Assembly: GCA_963720545.1 (NCBI GenBank)
Contig: OY970399.1
Span: 3,488,001 to 3,552,000, forward strand
Direction of reading: 5' to 3'
Source of the DNA: an uncultured Acidobacteriota bacterium
GTDB lineage: Bacteria > Acidobacteriota > Vicinamibacteria > Fen-336
Length of the DNA: 64,000 nucleotides
A program made the position numbers and the translations under genes. How positions within the stretch are numbered: the first letter of the stretch is position 1; every line of letters starts with the position of its first letter. Positions 9,972-20,500 of the stretch are shown piece by piece. The notes below the pieces were generated by a model. It saw only the letters and a program-made list of their open reading frames with translations, was not told the DNA's origin and searched no databases.

Positions 9972-12142
9972 AGCGCGCCTGCGGCGATCGCCTTCAGCTT
10001 CTCGGTCGCGCGCGAGAGCGCTGCGACCACCCGGCTGCGTTCGCTGTCGAACAGCGCCTTGTCCTTGTTTGACACAGCCTCCTGCAGGCCGGGGAACGGC
10101 CACGCGGCATAGCCGGTGGTGGTGCCCGGCGCAAACAGCACGTGCTTGAACCAGCCGCGCTTCGGCAGGCCGTCGGGATCGAGGAAGGCGCGCTCCACCG
10201 AAGCGAGCGCCTCGTTGAGGGCCACCGACACGCGCCCGGCCGCAACCGCGGCATCGACCGACTTGTCGGCAGCGGCGCCGGCCGCCTCGAACGCCGCGAG
10301 CGCCGCAACGACCGGCGCGAAGTCGAGGTCGAGCACGTCCTTCGCCTCGGCGGTGCGGTTCTTGCGGATCACCTGGCGGCGCAGCGCGTCGAGGTCGACC
10401 CGCAGCGACGAGCCGTAGTTCGAAAAGCGCAGCGGCACCGCATCGGCGCTCGACAGGCGCAGCGCCAGGATGCCGTAAAGGCGCGCCGCGGCTGTGTGGT
10501 AGAAGAACCCGGGATCGCCAAACTTGTCCATCCAGCGGAAGTTGTCGTAGACCGCGTGATAGACGCCGTAGGGGCCGTTGAAACTCATGTCCATCGACGG
10601 CACGCCTAGGTGGTCGAGGAATGCGGTGTAGTCGGAGCCGGAGCCGAGCGGATCGAGCCGCAGGTCGAACGGCTTGTCGGCGGCGTCGAGGCTGATGGGC
10701 GCCGCCTGCGACCACGACTCCTTCTCGTGCTTCTCCCAGGCGTCGAGCAGCGACCCGCCGCCCTTGGGTTCGCCCACGGCCGCGGCTGCCTCGCGCACCA
10801 CGTCGCGCAATGACGGCACGCCGCCGACATCGAGGTTGCGGCCGGTGGTTGCGGCGTCGAGGTTGACGTACGCGACGGCCTTGCCGAGCCTGGCCTGCTG
10901 GTCTTCCGCCCATTCGGTCGAGCCGACGAGGCCGTACTCTTCCGCGTCCCAGACCGCGAGCAGGATGGTGCGCCTCGGCTTCCAGCCGGCCTTGAGCGCC
11001 GCCGCCAGCCCGCGCGCTGTCTCGAGCATCGCCGCGGTGCCGGAGTTTGGGTCGACCGCGCCATGCGTCCACGCGTCGCGGTGGTTGCCGAGAATCACCA
11101 GCGCATCGGGTTCGGTGGTGCCGGGGATGCGCGCGATCACGTTGTAGATGGGCTTCAGACCCTCGTCCATCTCGACTTCCATCGCCACCGAAGATCCGCC
11201 CGGACCGACGTGGTAAGCGAAAGGCAGCCCGCCCTGCCACTCGTCCGGAACGCGCGGGCCGCCCATGTGGCGCAGGATCTTCTCGGCCTCGGCGTAGCTG
11301 ATGGGCAGCGACGGGATCTTCGGGACGTTCGTCATCTTGTCGCGTGTCAGGCGCTTGGCGCCGGCAGTGGAGGCAATGCCGCCGGGCGTCGACGGATCGC
11401 CGGGTCCGAGTGACAGGAATTGCACCGAGCCGCGCTGGATGCCGGACGGCGGGCGCATCGGGCCGTCGGGATAGACGTCGCCGCGCATGTAGCCGTCGTC
11501 GGCTGGATCGCTGAAGATGAGGACGCCGAGCGCGCCGTGATCCTGCGCTTCCTTCACCTTGAGGCCGCGGAAGATGTCGCCGTAGCGCACCAGCGCGATC
11601 TTGCCGGCGACGCTGATGCCCATCGAATCGAGCTGCTCGAAATCGGCGCGGCGCCCGTAGTTGACGTAGACCACCTGGCCTTCGGCCTTGCCGGAAGCGC
11701 CGTAACCGTGGAACGCGGGGAACACACCTTCCTTGCCCGAGTCCTTGTCGACGTCGTACGACTCTTCCATCAGCGACAGCTCGGCCTGGACCGGCGCCGT
11801 CAGCCGCAGGCTCTGGCTCTTCGGATGGTTGAGGAACACGTCGTACTTCACCATCTCGACCTCGAGGCCGAACTCCTTGAACCGGTCGCGCACGTACTCC
11901 GCGACTTTCTTCTCGGCGGGCGTGCCGGCGACGTGGCCGTCCTCAGTGAGGGCGAACAGCCACTTGCGCGCGTTGTCGGGCGTCGGCGTGTCGTAAAAGA
12001 CCTTCTCGATGCGCGCCGCCTCTGCCTTCGAGGCCGCCGAAAAACCGGTGAAGTCACCGGCGGGAAGCGACGCCGAGCCGGCCGCGAGAAGCAGTGCCGA
12101 GGAGAAGAGACCGCGCGCCACCATCATCCTGCGAAAAGCCAT
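9968..12142 (-). CDS. M28 glutamate carboxypeptidase II-like peptidase (PA + TfR dimerisation domains)
   Basis: YVNYG, GNHRDAW..GAVDPNSG, WDAEEYGLVGSTEW, GSGSDYTAF, YHAVYD; AAGGAG RBS before ATG 12142. Confidence 0.93.
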   Translation of the reverse strand: MAFRRMMVARGLFSSALLLAAGSASLPAGDFTGFSAASKAEAARIEKVFYDTPTPDNARKWLFALTEDGHVAGTPAEKKVAEYVRDRFKEFGLEVEMVKYDVFLNHPKSQSLRLTAPVQAELSLMEESYDVDKDSGKEGVFPAFHGYGASGKAEGQVVYVNYGRRADFEQLDSMGISVAGKIALVRYGDIFRGLKVKEAQDHGALGVLIFSDPADDGYMRGDVYPDGPMRPPSGIQRGSVQFLSLGPGDPSTPGGIASTAGAKRLTRDKMTNVPKIPSLPISYAEAEKILRHMGGPRVPDEWQGGLPFAYHVGPGGSSVAMEVEMDEGLKPIYNVIARIPGTTEPDALVILGNHRDAWTHGAVDPNSGTAAMLETARGLAAALKAGWKPRRTILLAVWDAEEYGLVGSTEWAEDQQARLGKAVAYVNLDAATTGRNLDVGGVPSLRDVVREAAAAVGEPKGGGSLLDAWEKHEKESWSQAAPISLDAADKPFDLRLDPLGSGSDYTAFLDHLGVPSMDMSFNGPYGVYHAVYDNFRWMDKFGDPGFFYHTAAARLYGILALRLSSADAVPLRFSNYGSSLRVDLDALRRQVIRKNRTAEAKDVLDLDFAPVVAALAAFEAAGAAADKSVDAAVAAGRVSVALNEALASVERAFLDPDGLPKRGWFKHVLFAPGTTTGYAAWPFPGLQEAVSNKDKALFDSERSRVVAALSRATEKLKAIAAGAL

Positions 12143-12291
12143 GGATCTCCTTTTTCGAAGTAGCAGAGTGTACATCCGTCTCCTCGCGCGCACCCTCGCG
12201 TGCGGGGCGCTCCCAACGACAAGTTCGTTCGCTTGAAGTGCTTCGCGTTCCCTGAAGCTGCCCGCCCAAACTCTCACCTCAGGGGCATTCA

Positions 12292-12315
12292 TCTACTGTG
12301 TCCGGACACAGTAGA
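12292..12315. repeat. Perfect 24-bp palindrome (REP-like), family B copy 1
   Basis: TCTACTGTGTCCGGACACAGTAGA; 20-bp core repeated at 41985-42004. Confidence 0.8.
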
Positions 12316-12349
12316 GACTCTTCGGGCGGAAGCTGACGTACTGCCGCCC

Positions 12350-13705
12350 TCAGAGATGCGGCTCTCGCCACTCCGGCGGGGTGATGCGCAAGCGCGGGTT
12401 CGCCGGGTCCTTTGGCCACAGCGTGCACGTCACCGTGCGATGCGCTTCGTCCTCGCGCTCGCAGTAAGGACAGAACACGCACTCGCGCATTGCCGCGTCC
12501 TCGCCCGCGAGCCACTTCCGCGGCAGGTCCGGATCCGCCAGGATCGCGCGCGCCATGCCCACCAGGTCCGCGCGCGACTCGGCCAGCACGGACTCCGCCT
12601 GCGCGAACGTCCAGATGCGGCCCGACGCGACCACCGGCACCTCATAGCCCGCCGCGCGCACGGCGGCGCGCACCCGCGTCGCCAGCGGCACGTTCACGCC
12701 CCAGGGTTCGCCCTTGCGCCGGGGGATACAGCAATGGCCGCTGTTGCCGGTGTACGGGTACATCGCGGTGCCAACCTCCGGCTGGCGCGCGTCCTCGAAC
12801 TTGCCGCCGCGCGAGATCGAGAGGAAGTCGAGCCCCGCCGCGCAGAGCGCGACGCCGATCTGCGCCGCATCTTCCATTGTGTTGCCGACAATGGTGCCGT
12901 CCTCCGCCAGGATGTCTTCGGAGCCGAGGTAGCGGCAGCCCACCACGAACCCGGGGCCGACGGCGGCGCGCACCGCCGCGATCACCTCGCGCGGCAGCCG
13001 CATGCGGTTCTCGAAGCTGCCGCCGTACGCGTCGCGCCGGCCGTTCAGCACCGAGAGGAACTGCGCCATCGTGTACGCGTGCGCAAAATGCAGCTCGACG
13101 CCGTCGAAGCCGCACTGCTGTGCGCGCCGCGCCGCGGCGGCGAACAAGTCGGGGAGCCTGCGAATCTCCGCAATGTCGAGATCCTCGATCGTCTGCCGAT
13201 AGCCGTAGCGGAAATCGTGCAGCGCGCGCGGCGCCAGGAATTCCGCGGCCCGCGCCTCGAACTCGGCATCGCTGAGCGCGAGCACCGCGGCAGCCAGCGA
13301 CCCGCGCGCGACGCTCGCCTCGAGATAGTCGCGGGTCGCCTTGCGCGTCGCGATCTTGAGGAAGTCGATGAGCTGCGGCACGATCAGCGAGCGACCGTTC
13401 AGCGCACGCATCTCGCCGACCAGGGAGCGCAACCCCGGGATGAAGCGGTCGTCGCCGAGGCGCAGCAGCGGGCCGCTCTTCACGTCGCGGACGCCGATCG
13501 CCTCGAGCACCATCATGCCCGCGCCGCCGGCCGCATAGCGCGCATAGATCTCGCGCACCGAATCGGTCACGTAGCCGTCTTCGCTGCCGCGCCAGGTGAC
13601 CATGGCGGGCAGCCAGATGCGGTTGGGCAATGTCAGCCCGCCGCGACCGAGCGGCATGGGGGTGAAAAGCCGCGACCCGGCGCGCGGCAAAGGCGCAGCC
13701 GTCAA
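12350..13705 (-). CDS. NADH:flavin oxidoreductase (Old Yellow Enzyme family) with C-terminal Cys cluster
   Basis: LPNRIWLPAM, GFDGVELHFAHAY, YGGSFENRMR, ADLVGMARAILADP, CVFCPYC-x11-C. Confidence 0.9.
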   Translation of the reverse strand: MTAAPLPRAGSRLFTPMPLGRGGLTLPNRIWLPAMVTWRGSEDGYVTDSVREIYARYAAGGAGMMVLEAIGVRDVKSGPLLRLGDDRFIPGLRSLVGEMRALNGRSLIVPQLIDFLKIATRKATRDYLEASVARGSLAAAVLALSDAEFEARAAEFLAPRALHDFRYGYRQTIEDLDIAEIRRLPDLFAAAARRAQQCGFDGVELHFAHAYTMAQFLSVLNGRRDAYGGSFENRMRLPREVIAAVRAAVGPGFVVGCRYLGSEDILAEDGTIVGNTMEDAAQIGVALCAAGLDFLSISRGGKFEDARQPEVGTAMYPYTGNSGHCCIPRRKGEPWGVNVPLATRVRAAVRAAGYEVPVVASGRIWTFAQAESVLAESRADLVGMARAILADPDLPRKWLAGEDAAMRECVFCPYCEREDEAHRTVTCTLWPKDPANPRLRITPPEWREPHL

Positions 13706-14244
13706 GACTCGTCGAAGGTGCGCTTCCGCTTCATGCTCGGCCGCCCGGTGGCCTCGTCGCCGCCGTCTTCATCGTCGGCGTCTCCGCCAACTTCATCGCG
13801 GTTGCCGTGCCCGTCGTCATAGCCGCCGCCAACCTCGGCATCGCGGTCCAGCAGGCGCCGCGCCAGCGAGTCGAGCCGCGAACGATCGAGCGGCGAACCC
13901 TCGCGATACCCGGTGAGGATGTCCTCGAGCCGGCTCGTGCGCCGCACCAGCCCGGCGATCTCGCCGAGCGTCAGCACCGCGCCGTCCGTGGCCGCCTCGG
14001 CAAATCCCTTCTCGCTGCCGTAGACGCCGAGCACGTCCACCAGGTAAGCGCTCAGGCTGTCGGCGGCGTTCACCAGCTCTTCCTGGATCAGGTTCTCCTG
14101 GACGATCTTGAGCGCGTCCTCGATGTCTTCGTCGTTGAAGTCCTCGCGAAAACGGTCCCAGGCATCGGGCGAGAGAATCAGGCCTTCCTCGCCCTCGTCG
14201 GCTTCGCTCGCCACCTCGGCACACAAGTCGATGAAGCGGCCCAT
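13702..14244 (-). CDS. Hypothetical acidic protein
   Basis: Clean ORF, GGAG RBS, stop overlaps OYE start. Confidence 0.65.
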   Translation of the reverse strand: MGRFIDLCAEVASEADEGEEGLILSPDAWDRFREDFNDEDIEDALKIVQENLIQEELVNAADSLSAYLVDVLGVYGSEKGFAEAATDGAVLTLGEIAGLVRRTSRLEDILTGYREGSPLDRSRLDSLARRLLDRDAEVGGGYDDGHGNRDEVGGDADDEDGGDEATGRPSMKRKRTFDES

Positions 14245-14268
14245 TTCAGGAACTCCGGTCCATGTCGT

Positions 14269-15396
14269 CTACCCCTGTGGTGCGCGCAGCAACTCGCGCG
14301 CGATGATCAGCTTCTGGATCTCGCTCGTGCCTTCGTAGATGCGCAGCGCGCGCACTTCGCGGTACAGCCGCTCCACCGTCGATCCTCGCACGACCCCGGC
14401 CCCGCCGTGCAGCTGCACGGCGCGGTCCACGATCCGCTGCGCGGCCTCGGTTGCGAACAGCTTGGCGGTGGACCCCGCCAGCGCCGCACCCCCGCCGCCC
14501 TCCGCGGCCGCGACCGCCCGCAGCACCAGCGCCCGCGCCGCGTCGAGGTCGACGCTCATCTCGGCGAGCGCGGATTGCGTCGCCTGGAACTCGGCGAGCG
14601 CCTTGCCGAACTGGCGGCGCGTGGCGGTCCACGTGAGCGCTTCGTCGAGCGCCCGCATCGCAAGACCGCAAGCGGCGGCGCCGACCGTGGGCCGGAACGC
14701 CGCGAGAGTCTCGAGCGCCAGCTGGTAGCCGGCGCCGGCCGTGCCAACCAGCGCCGCACGCACTCCCGCGAACGAGATGCGGCCGAGCGGGTGCGGCGCC
14801 AGCATCTCGAGCGGTTCGACGCGCAGGCCGGCGGCCGCCGCCTCCACCAGGAACATCGACAAACCGCGCGAGCCGTCGTCGCTGGTGCGCGCCAGCACCG
14901 TGTAGAAGTCGGCGATGCCGGCGTTCGAGATGAACACCTTTTCGCCATCGAGGCGGAAGGCGTCGCCGTCAGCCGCAGCGCGCGTCGCGACCGCGCCGAG
15001 GTCCGAACCGGCCTCGGGCTCCGTGACGGCAAACGCAGCGATCGCACTGCCGCCCGCAACCCGGGGCAGCCACGTGTCCCTCTGCGCAGCTGAGCCGGCG
15101 AGCGCCACGGCGTGCGAGCCGAGGCCCTGCATCACGAACGCGGTGTCGGCAAGCGACGACTCGTAGGCGAACGCCTCGCGCAGCGTCGCCATGTCGCGCA
15201 GCGAATGGCGGCCGTGCGGCGCCGGCACGGTGTACGCGAGATAACCTGCACTGCCCAGCAGTGAAACGAACCGCCGCGTCGTGCCGCCGGGATCGCCCTC
15301 GCCCTCCGCGAGCGTCAGCGGGCGGATGCGCGCCGCGCCAAACTGCCGCGCCTCGGCGCGCAGCGCGGCGTTCGGCGAGAGATCGTCGGGACGCAC
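14269..15396 (-). CDS. Acyl-CoA dehydrogenase
   Basis: AFAVTEPEAGSD, GEKVFISNAG, RRQFGK, QLHGGAG, RIYEGTSEIQ. Confidence 0.95.
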   Translation of the reverse strand: MRPDDLSPNAALRAEARQFGAARIRPLTLAEGEGDPGGTTRRFVSLLGSAGYLAYTVPAPHGRHSLRDMATLREAFAYESSLADTAFVMQGLGSHAVALAGSAAQRDTWLPRVAGGSAIAAFAVTEPEAGSDLGAVATRAAADGDAFRLDGEKVFISNAGIADFYTVLARTSDDGSRGLSMFLVEAAAAGLRVEPLEMLAPHPLGRISFAGVRAALVGTAGAGYQLALETLAAFRPTVGAAACGLAMRALDEALTWTATRRQFGKALAEFQATQSALAEMSVDLDAARALVLRAVAAAEGGGGAALAGSTAKLFATEAAQRIVDRAVQLHGGAGVVRGSTVERLYREVRALRIYEGTSEIQKLIIARELLRAPQG

Positions 15397-15401
15397 GCGC
15401 G

Positions 15402-16208
15402 CTACTCCGGCGCGCCCTCGAAGCGCGGCTTGCGCTTCTCGAGGAACGCGCGATGCCCTTCGGCGAAGTCGGGCCCGCTCATCAGCTCGCCCTGCACGCG
15501 CGCCTCGTACTCGAGCGCCTGCGCCAGGCTCATCGCCGCTTCATCGTCGAGCGCTCGCTTGGTCGCGGCGAGGCCGCGTGCCGGGCCTCGGCCAAGCGCC
15601 TGCGCCAGTGCCTCGGCAGCGCCGGCGAGCGCGTCCGCCGGCACCACCTTGTTATAGAGGCCGATGCGCAGCGCCTCCTGAGCTTCGATGAAGTCGCCGG
15701 TCATCAGCAGTTCGCTGGCGCGGCCGAGGCCGACGAGCCGCGGCAGCAGCAGGCACATCCCCATGTCGGCGCCCGCCAGGCCCACCTTCACGAACACGAA
15801 GCCGATGCGCGCCGCCTCGCTCGCGAGCCGGATGTCCGCCGCCACCGCGATCGCGGCACCGGCGCCGGCAACGACGCCGTTCAGCACCGCCACCACCGGC
15901 TGCGGCGCCGCGCGCATCGCCGCGATCAGCGCGCAGGTCATGCGGGTGAACTCCTGCAGCTCGTCCTGGCCGCGGCCAAGAAGCGGACCGATGATCTCGC
16001 GCACGTCGCCGCCGGTGCAGAAAGCGCGGCCGCTGCCGGTGAGGGTGACGCAGCGCAGGTCGCGGCGCGCGGGCAGTGCGGCGAAGTACGCGGTCAGTTC
16101 CGAGTACACCTCGAACGTCAGGCTGTTGAGCGAGTCGGGACGGGTGAACGTGAGGCGCGCGATGCCGCCTTTCTCGACGCAGGCGAAGCTGCGCGGCGAA
16201 GCGCTCAT
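15402..16208 (-). CDS. Enoyl-CoA hydratase/isomerase
   Basis: AFCTGGDV, GVVAGAGAAIA, FVKVGLAGADMG, AFLEKRKPRF. Confidence 0.93.
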   Translation of the reverse strand: MSASPRSFACVEKGGIARLTFTRPDSLNSLTFEVYSELTAYFAALPARRDLRCVTLTGSGRAFCTGGDVREIIGPLLGRGQDELQEFTRMTCALIAAMRAAPQPVVAVLNGVVAGAGAAIAVAADIRLASEAARIGFVFVKVGLAGADMGMCLLLPRLVGLGRASELLMTGDFIEAQEALRIGLYNKVVPADALAGAAEALAQALGRGPARGLAATKRALDDEAAMSLAQALEYEARVQGELMSGPDFAEGHRAFLEKRKPRFEGAPE

Positions 16209-16621
16209 CGCGGCGCAGGCTCCGGCGCTGGCACCACCGCGGTTGCCTCGATCTCGACCCGTGCCCGCTCCTCGAGCAGCGACTTCACCTCGACGAGCGT
16301 CATCGCCGGATAGTGGCGGCCCATCCGTTCGCGGTAGAGCGCGCCGACTTCCTGCAGCGAGCGCAGGTACTCCGCCTTGTCGACCACGAAGATCGTGAGC
16401 CGGCCGATGCAGTCGGGCGCGCCGCCGGCCGCGCGCACCACCGCCAGCACGTTGTCGAGCGCCTGCGCGAACTGCGCGGGGAACGCGTCGGAGGCAAATT
16501 GCCCGTCCGCGTCCCAACCAACCTGACCGGCGACGAACAGCAGCGCGCCGCGCCCCTGCATGCCGTGGCTGAACCCGCGCGGCGCCGCAAGCTCCCTCGG
16601 GTTGACGGCGCGCAGGCTCAC
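16205..16621 (-). CDS. RidA/YjgF family enamine deaminase
   Basis: PRGFSHG, LFVAGQVG, YPAMTLVEV..L...RVEIEATA. Confidence 0.9.
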   Translation of the reverse strand: MSLRAVNPRELAAPRGFSHGMQGRGALLFVAGQVGWDADGQFASDAFPAQFAQALDNVLAVVRAAGGAPDCIGRLTIFVVDKAEYLRSLQEVGALYRERMGRHYPAMTLVEVKSLLEERARVEIEATAVVPAPEPAPR

Positions 16622-17388
16622 TGGACCTTGCCGCCGTCGATCGTGAGGGACTGGCCGGTGATGCCGTGGGCGGCGTCGCTGCACAGGTACGCCACGAGGT
16701 CCGCGACTTCCTGCGGAGCGATCAGGCGGTTCTGCGGGCTCAGCGCTGCGAGGTGCCGGCGGATCTCGTCCGCCGACTTGCCGGTCTTGCCGGTCATGCG
16801 CTCGATGCCGGCATCGGTCATCGGCGTGTCGACATAGCCGGGGCACACCGCGTTCACCGTGATCCCTTTGGCGGCCACTTCCAGCGCGACGCACTTCGTG
16901 AGCCCGAGCAGTCCATGCTTGCTCGCGGCGTAGGCGGCGATATACGGCGATCCCGACTTGCCGGCGATCGACGCCATGGTGACGATGCGGCCCCAGGACG
17001 CCGCCAGCATGTCGGGCAGCGCGTTGCGGATGGCGTAAAAGCTCGCCGTCAGGTTGAGCTGCAGCGCGCCGTGCCATTGCTCATCGGTTGTCTTGTGGAC
17101 GAGCGCCGAGGGCGCCATGCCGGCCGACGGCACCAGCACTGCAATCGGGCCATGTGCCGCACGCGCCGCGTCGAAAGCGCGCGCCACCTCGTCGTCGCGC
17201 GCGATGTCGGCTGCGATCGCCGTCGCGGCCCCGCCGCCGGCACGAATCGCTGCAACCACTGAGTCGAGGTCGGCGCCGGTGCGGGCAATGACCGACACCG
17301 CGTGCCCGGTCCGGGCCAGCGTCACTGCCACGGCCTTGCCGATGCCGCGCCCGCCGCCCGTCACCACCGCATGCCGCACGGCGGGCAT
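16618..17388 (-). CDS. Short-chain dehydrogenase/reductase
   Basis: TGGGRGIG, YAASK catalytic motif, NAVCPGYVDT. Confidence 0.95.
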   Translation of the reverse strand: MPAVRHAVVTGGGRGIGKAVAVTLARTGHAVSVIARTGADLDSVVAAIRAGGGAATAIAADIARDDEVARAFDAARAAHGPIAVLVPSAGMAPSALVHKTTDEQWHGALQLNLTASFYAIRNALPDMLAASWGRIVTMASIAGKSGSPYIAAYAASKHGLLGLTKCVALEVAAKGITVNAVCPGYVDTPMTDAGIERMTGKTGKSADEIRRHLAALSPQNRLIAPQEVADLVAYLCSDAAHGITGQSLTIDGGKVQ

Positions 17389-17596
17389 TCTATGCGCTCG
17401 GCTGGGGCGCCCGGCTCGGCTTCTGCGGCGGCCGCCGCCATCGGTGGCGCGTCAGCCGGCTGAATCCATTCATCTTGACGTTCCCTGACATTTCCAGTAG
17501 AACCGCCCGCACAAGGCGTCTCGCTCGAGCTGTTTATCGTCAGATAGGCCAGCTTTGGGTCCCTCCCTCGGCGCCGCCAAGAAACTGGAGAATTGG

Positions 17597-20500
17597 ATGA
17601 ATCGAGCACTCGGTCTGTCAGGACTGGCCCTCGGCCTGTGCCTTGCCGGAACCATGGGTCTTGCCGCGGACAGCGGCCAGTTCCGTGCAACCCCTCTTGA
17701 GGGCGGCGCGGCCGTCTCGCTTCCCAAGTCTGCGAAAGGCGAGGTGAGCGTCATCGTGAAGTGGGCGTCGCCGTCGCTGGCGGCGTACAAGGGTGGCATT
17801 GCCGGGCTGTCGGCGACGAGCGCGCAAGGCGGAAAGCGCCTCGATCCCAGTTCGCCCGGAGCCAGGGCATACAGCAAATTCCTGGCCGACAAGGAAAAGA
17901 ATTTCGAGGGCGCCATGAAGGCGCGCATTCCCGGCGCACGCCTCGTCCACCGCTTCCGCAACATCATCGGCGGCGTGTCGGTGGTGCTGCCCAAGGACCG
18001 GGTGAAGGAACTCTCGCGCCTGCCCGGAGTCGAGGCCGTCTATCCCGACACCATACTGGCGCTCGACACCAACCGCAGCCCGGTGAACATAGACGTCCCG
18101 GCGCTCTGGAACAAGCTCGGCGGCCAGAATCGCAGCGGCCGCGGCATCATCGTCGGCATCGTCGACACCGGCATCTGGCCCGAGCATCCGTCGGTCGCTC
18201 CCGCCGGCATGCCGGCGCCGCCGGCCAAGTGGCACGGCACGCACTGCGAATTCGGCTCGGCCATCCCCGGCGACGCGGCCTTCGCCTGCAACAACAAGCT
18301 GATCGGCGCGCAGCGCTTCATGGCCACGTTCGACGCTTTCGGCGGCGGCGCGGGCACGCCCCTTCCCGGCGAGTTCCTCTCCGCGCGCGACAACAACGGC
18401 CACGGCTCGCACACCGCCACCACTGCCGCCGGCAACGCCAATGTCGTCACCCCCGGCGGCCAGGTCGTGAGCGGCATGGCCCCGAAGGCGCATCTCGCGG
18501 CCTACAAGGTCTGCTTCACGGTCCCCGACAGCCGCGGCTCGTGCTATTCGTCCGACTCCGCCGCGGCCATCGAACAGGCGATAGCCGACGGCGTCGACGT
18601 CATCAACTTCTCGATCGGCGGCGGCAACAGCCCGTACTCCGACGTGGTCTCGCTCGCGTTCCTCGATGCCTATGACGCCGGCGTCTTCGTCGCGACCTCG
18701 GCCGGCAACGACGGTCCCGGCGCCAACACGGTCGGCCACCGCGAGCCGTGGGTCACCACCGTTGCCGCGACCACCACCGACAAGGGCTTCAACGGCTCTG
18801 CCGACCTCGCGGCCACCGGCGCCTCGCTGACCGTCACCGGCAAGTCGTCCACCGGCAACGTCAATTCCGCCGCGCCCATCGTCCTGTCGGCGACCGCCGC
18901 CGGCTACAACGACGACCTCTGCCTCAACGCGGCTCCTGCTGGCAGCCTCACCGGCAAGATCGTCGCGTGCAAGCGCGGCACCAACGCGCGCGTCTCCAAG
19001 GGCGTCAACGTCCTCGCTGGCGGTGCGGTTGGCATGATCCTCTACAACCCCGCGCCGAACACCCTGAACGCCGATTCGCACGCGCTGCCCGCGCTGCACA
19101 TCGACAACGTCCAGGGCGCGGCGCTGGTCGCGTTCTTGACCGCGAATCCGGCCGCCACCAGCAACATCATTGGCGGCGCGGACGACCTCACCGGCATCCG
19201 CGACCAGGTGGCGGGCTTCAGCTCGCGCGGCGGCTCCGCGCAGCAGCTCGGCATCAGCAAGCCGGACGTCGGCGCTCCCGGCGTCGACATCCTCGCCGCC
19301 CAGACGCCGCTGCTCGCGGCGGTCACCACCGCCGGCCTCGTCAACGGCCAGCTGTTCCAGATCATCAGCGGCACGTCGATGGCGAGCCCGCACGTCGCGG
19401 GCACCGCGGCGCTGCTGAAGCAGAGCCATCCCGACTGGACGCCCGGCCAGATCAAGTCGGCGCTCATGATGACGGCGAACGTCGACAACATCATGAACGA
19501 CACCGGCACGGCCACCAACAACTTCGACGCCGGCACCGGCCGCATCACGGCCTTCTACGCCGACCGCCCGGGCGTCACAATCGCCGACTCCGGCGACAAC
19601 TACGTGCTGCTGCAGGACAACCTCTCGGTTGCCAACTACCCGAGCCTGTACGTGCCGACAATGGCCGGCAAGGTCACCGTGCAGCGCACGCTGAAGAGCG
19701 TCGAAGCTGCTTCGCGCAAGTGGAGCATCTGGGTGGAGTCGAGCGACGGCCTGTTCGTCTCGGTGCCAGGCTCCGTGACGATCGCCGGCGGAGCGTCGAA
19801 GACGATCTCGATCGGCATCGACGCCAGCGACGTGCCGCTCGGCGAGACCCGCTTCGCGACGGTGCGCATGGAGAGCGTCAAGGGCGTCAGCAAGATCGGG
19901 TTGCGCTTCCCGGTCACGGTGGTCCGCAAGCAGGCGGGCATCAACCTCACCCAGAGCTGCACGCCGACCACCGTGCTCGCCGCCGGCGCCGCGGGCGGAC
20001 CGACGAACACGGTCTGCACGGTGACGGCGGTCAACAACCTGGCCACCGCGCAGGCGGTGCAGATTGTCGACAAGGTTCCCGGCCAGCTGAAGGTCAAGTC
20101 GGTCAGCGGTGGCACGCGCACGGGCAACACGGTGCGCGGCGCAGCCACCCTCTCGGCATCGCTGCCGCCGGGTGTCAACGTCGTCAGCGGCACCAGCCCC
20201 GCTGGCTACTTGCCGCTCGCGCTGTTCGGCGTTCCCGTGACCGGCGGGATCGGTGACGAGACCATCGTCAACTTCAACGTGCCGGCATTCCAGTACGCAG
20301 GCACCACCTACACCAGGATCGGCGTCGTCAGCAACGGCTACGTGGTGGTTGGCGGCGGCGCCGGCGCCGACGTCAACTTCAACAACCAGAGCCTGCCCAA
20401 CGGCGCCGTCCCGAACAACGTCCTCGCACCGTTCTGGAGCGACCTCAACCCGGCCGCCGCCGCGGCCGGCGACGGCGTGCGCGTCAGCACGCTGACCGAC

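Noticed and set aside
6835..11240. Apparent giant ORFs 6835-9732 and 7854-11240 (also 26016-27404, 27008-29779, 32450-34582, 61725-63587)
   Set aside because: Upstream extensions run through other genes in off frames; true starts are at stop/start overlaps or RBS sites
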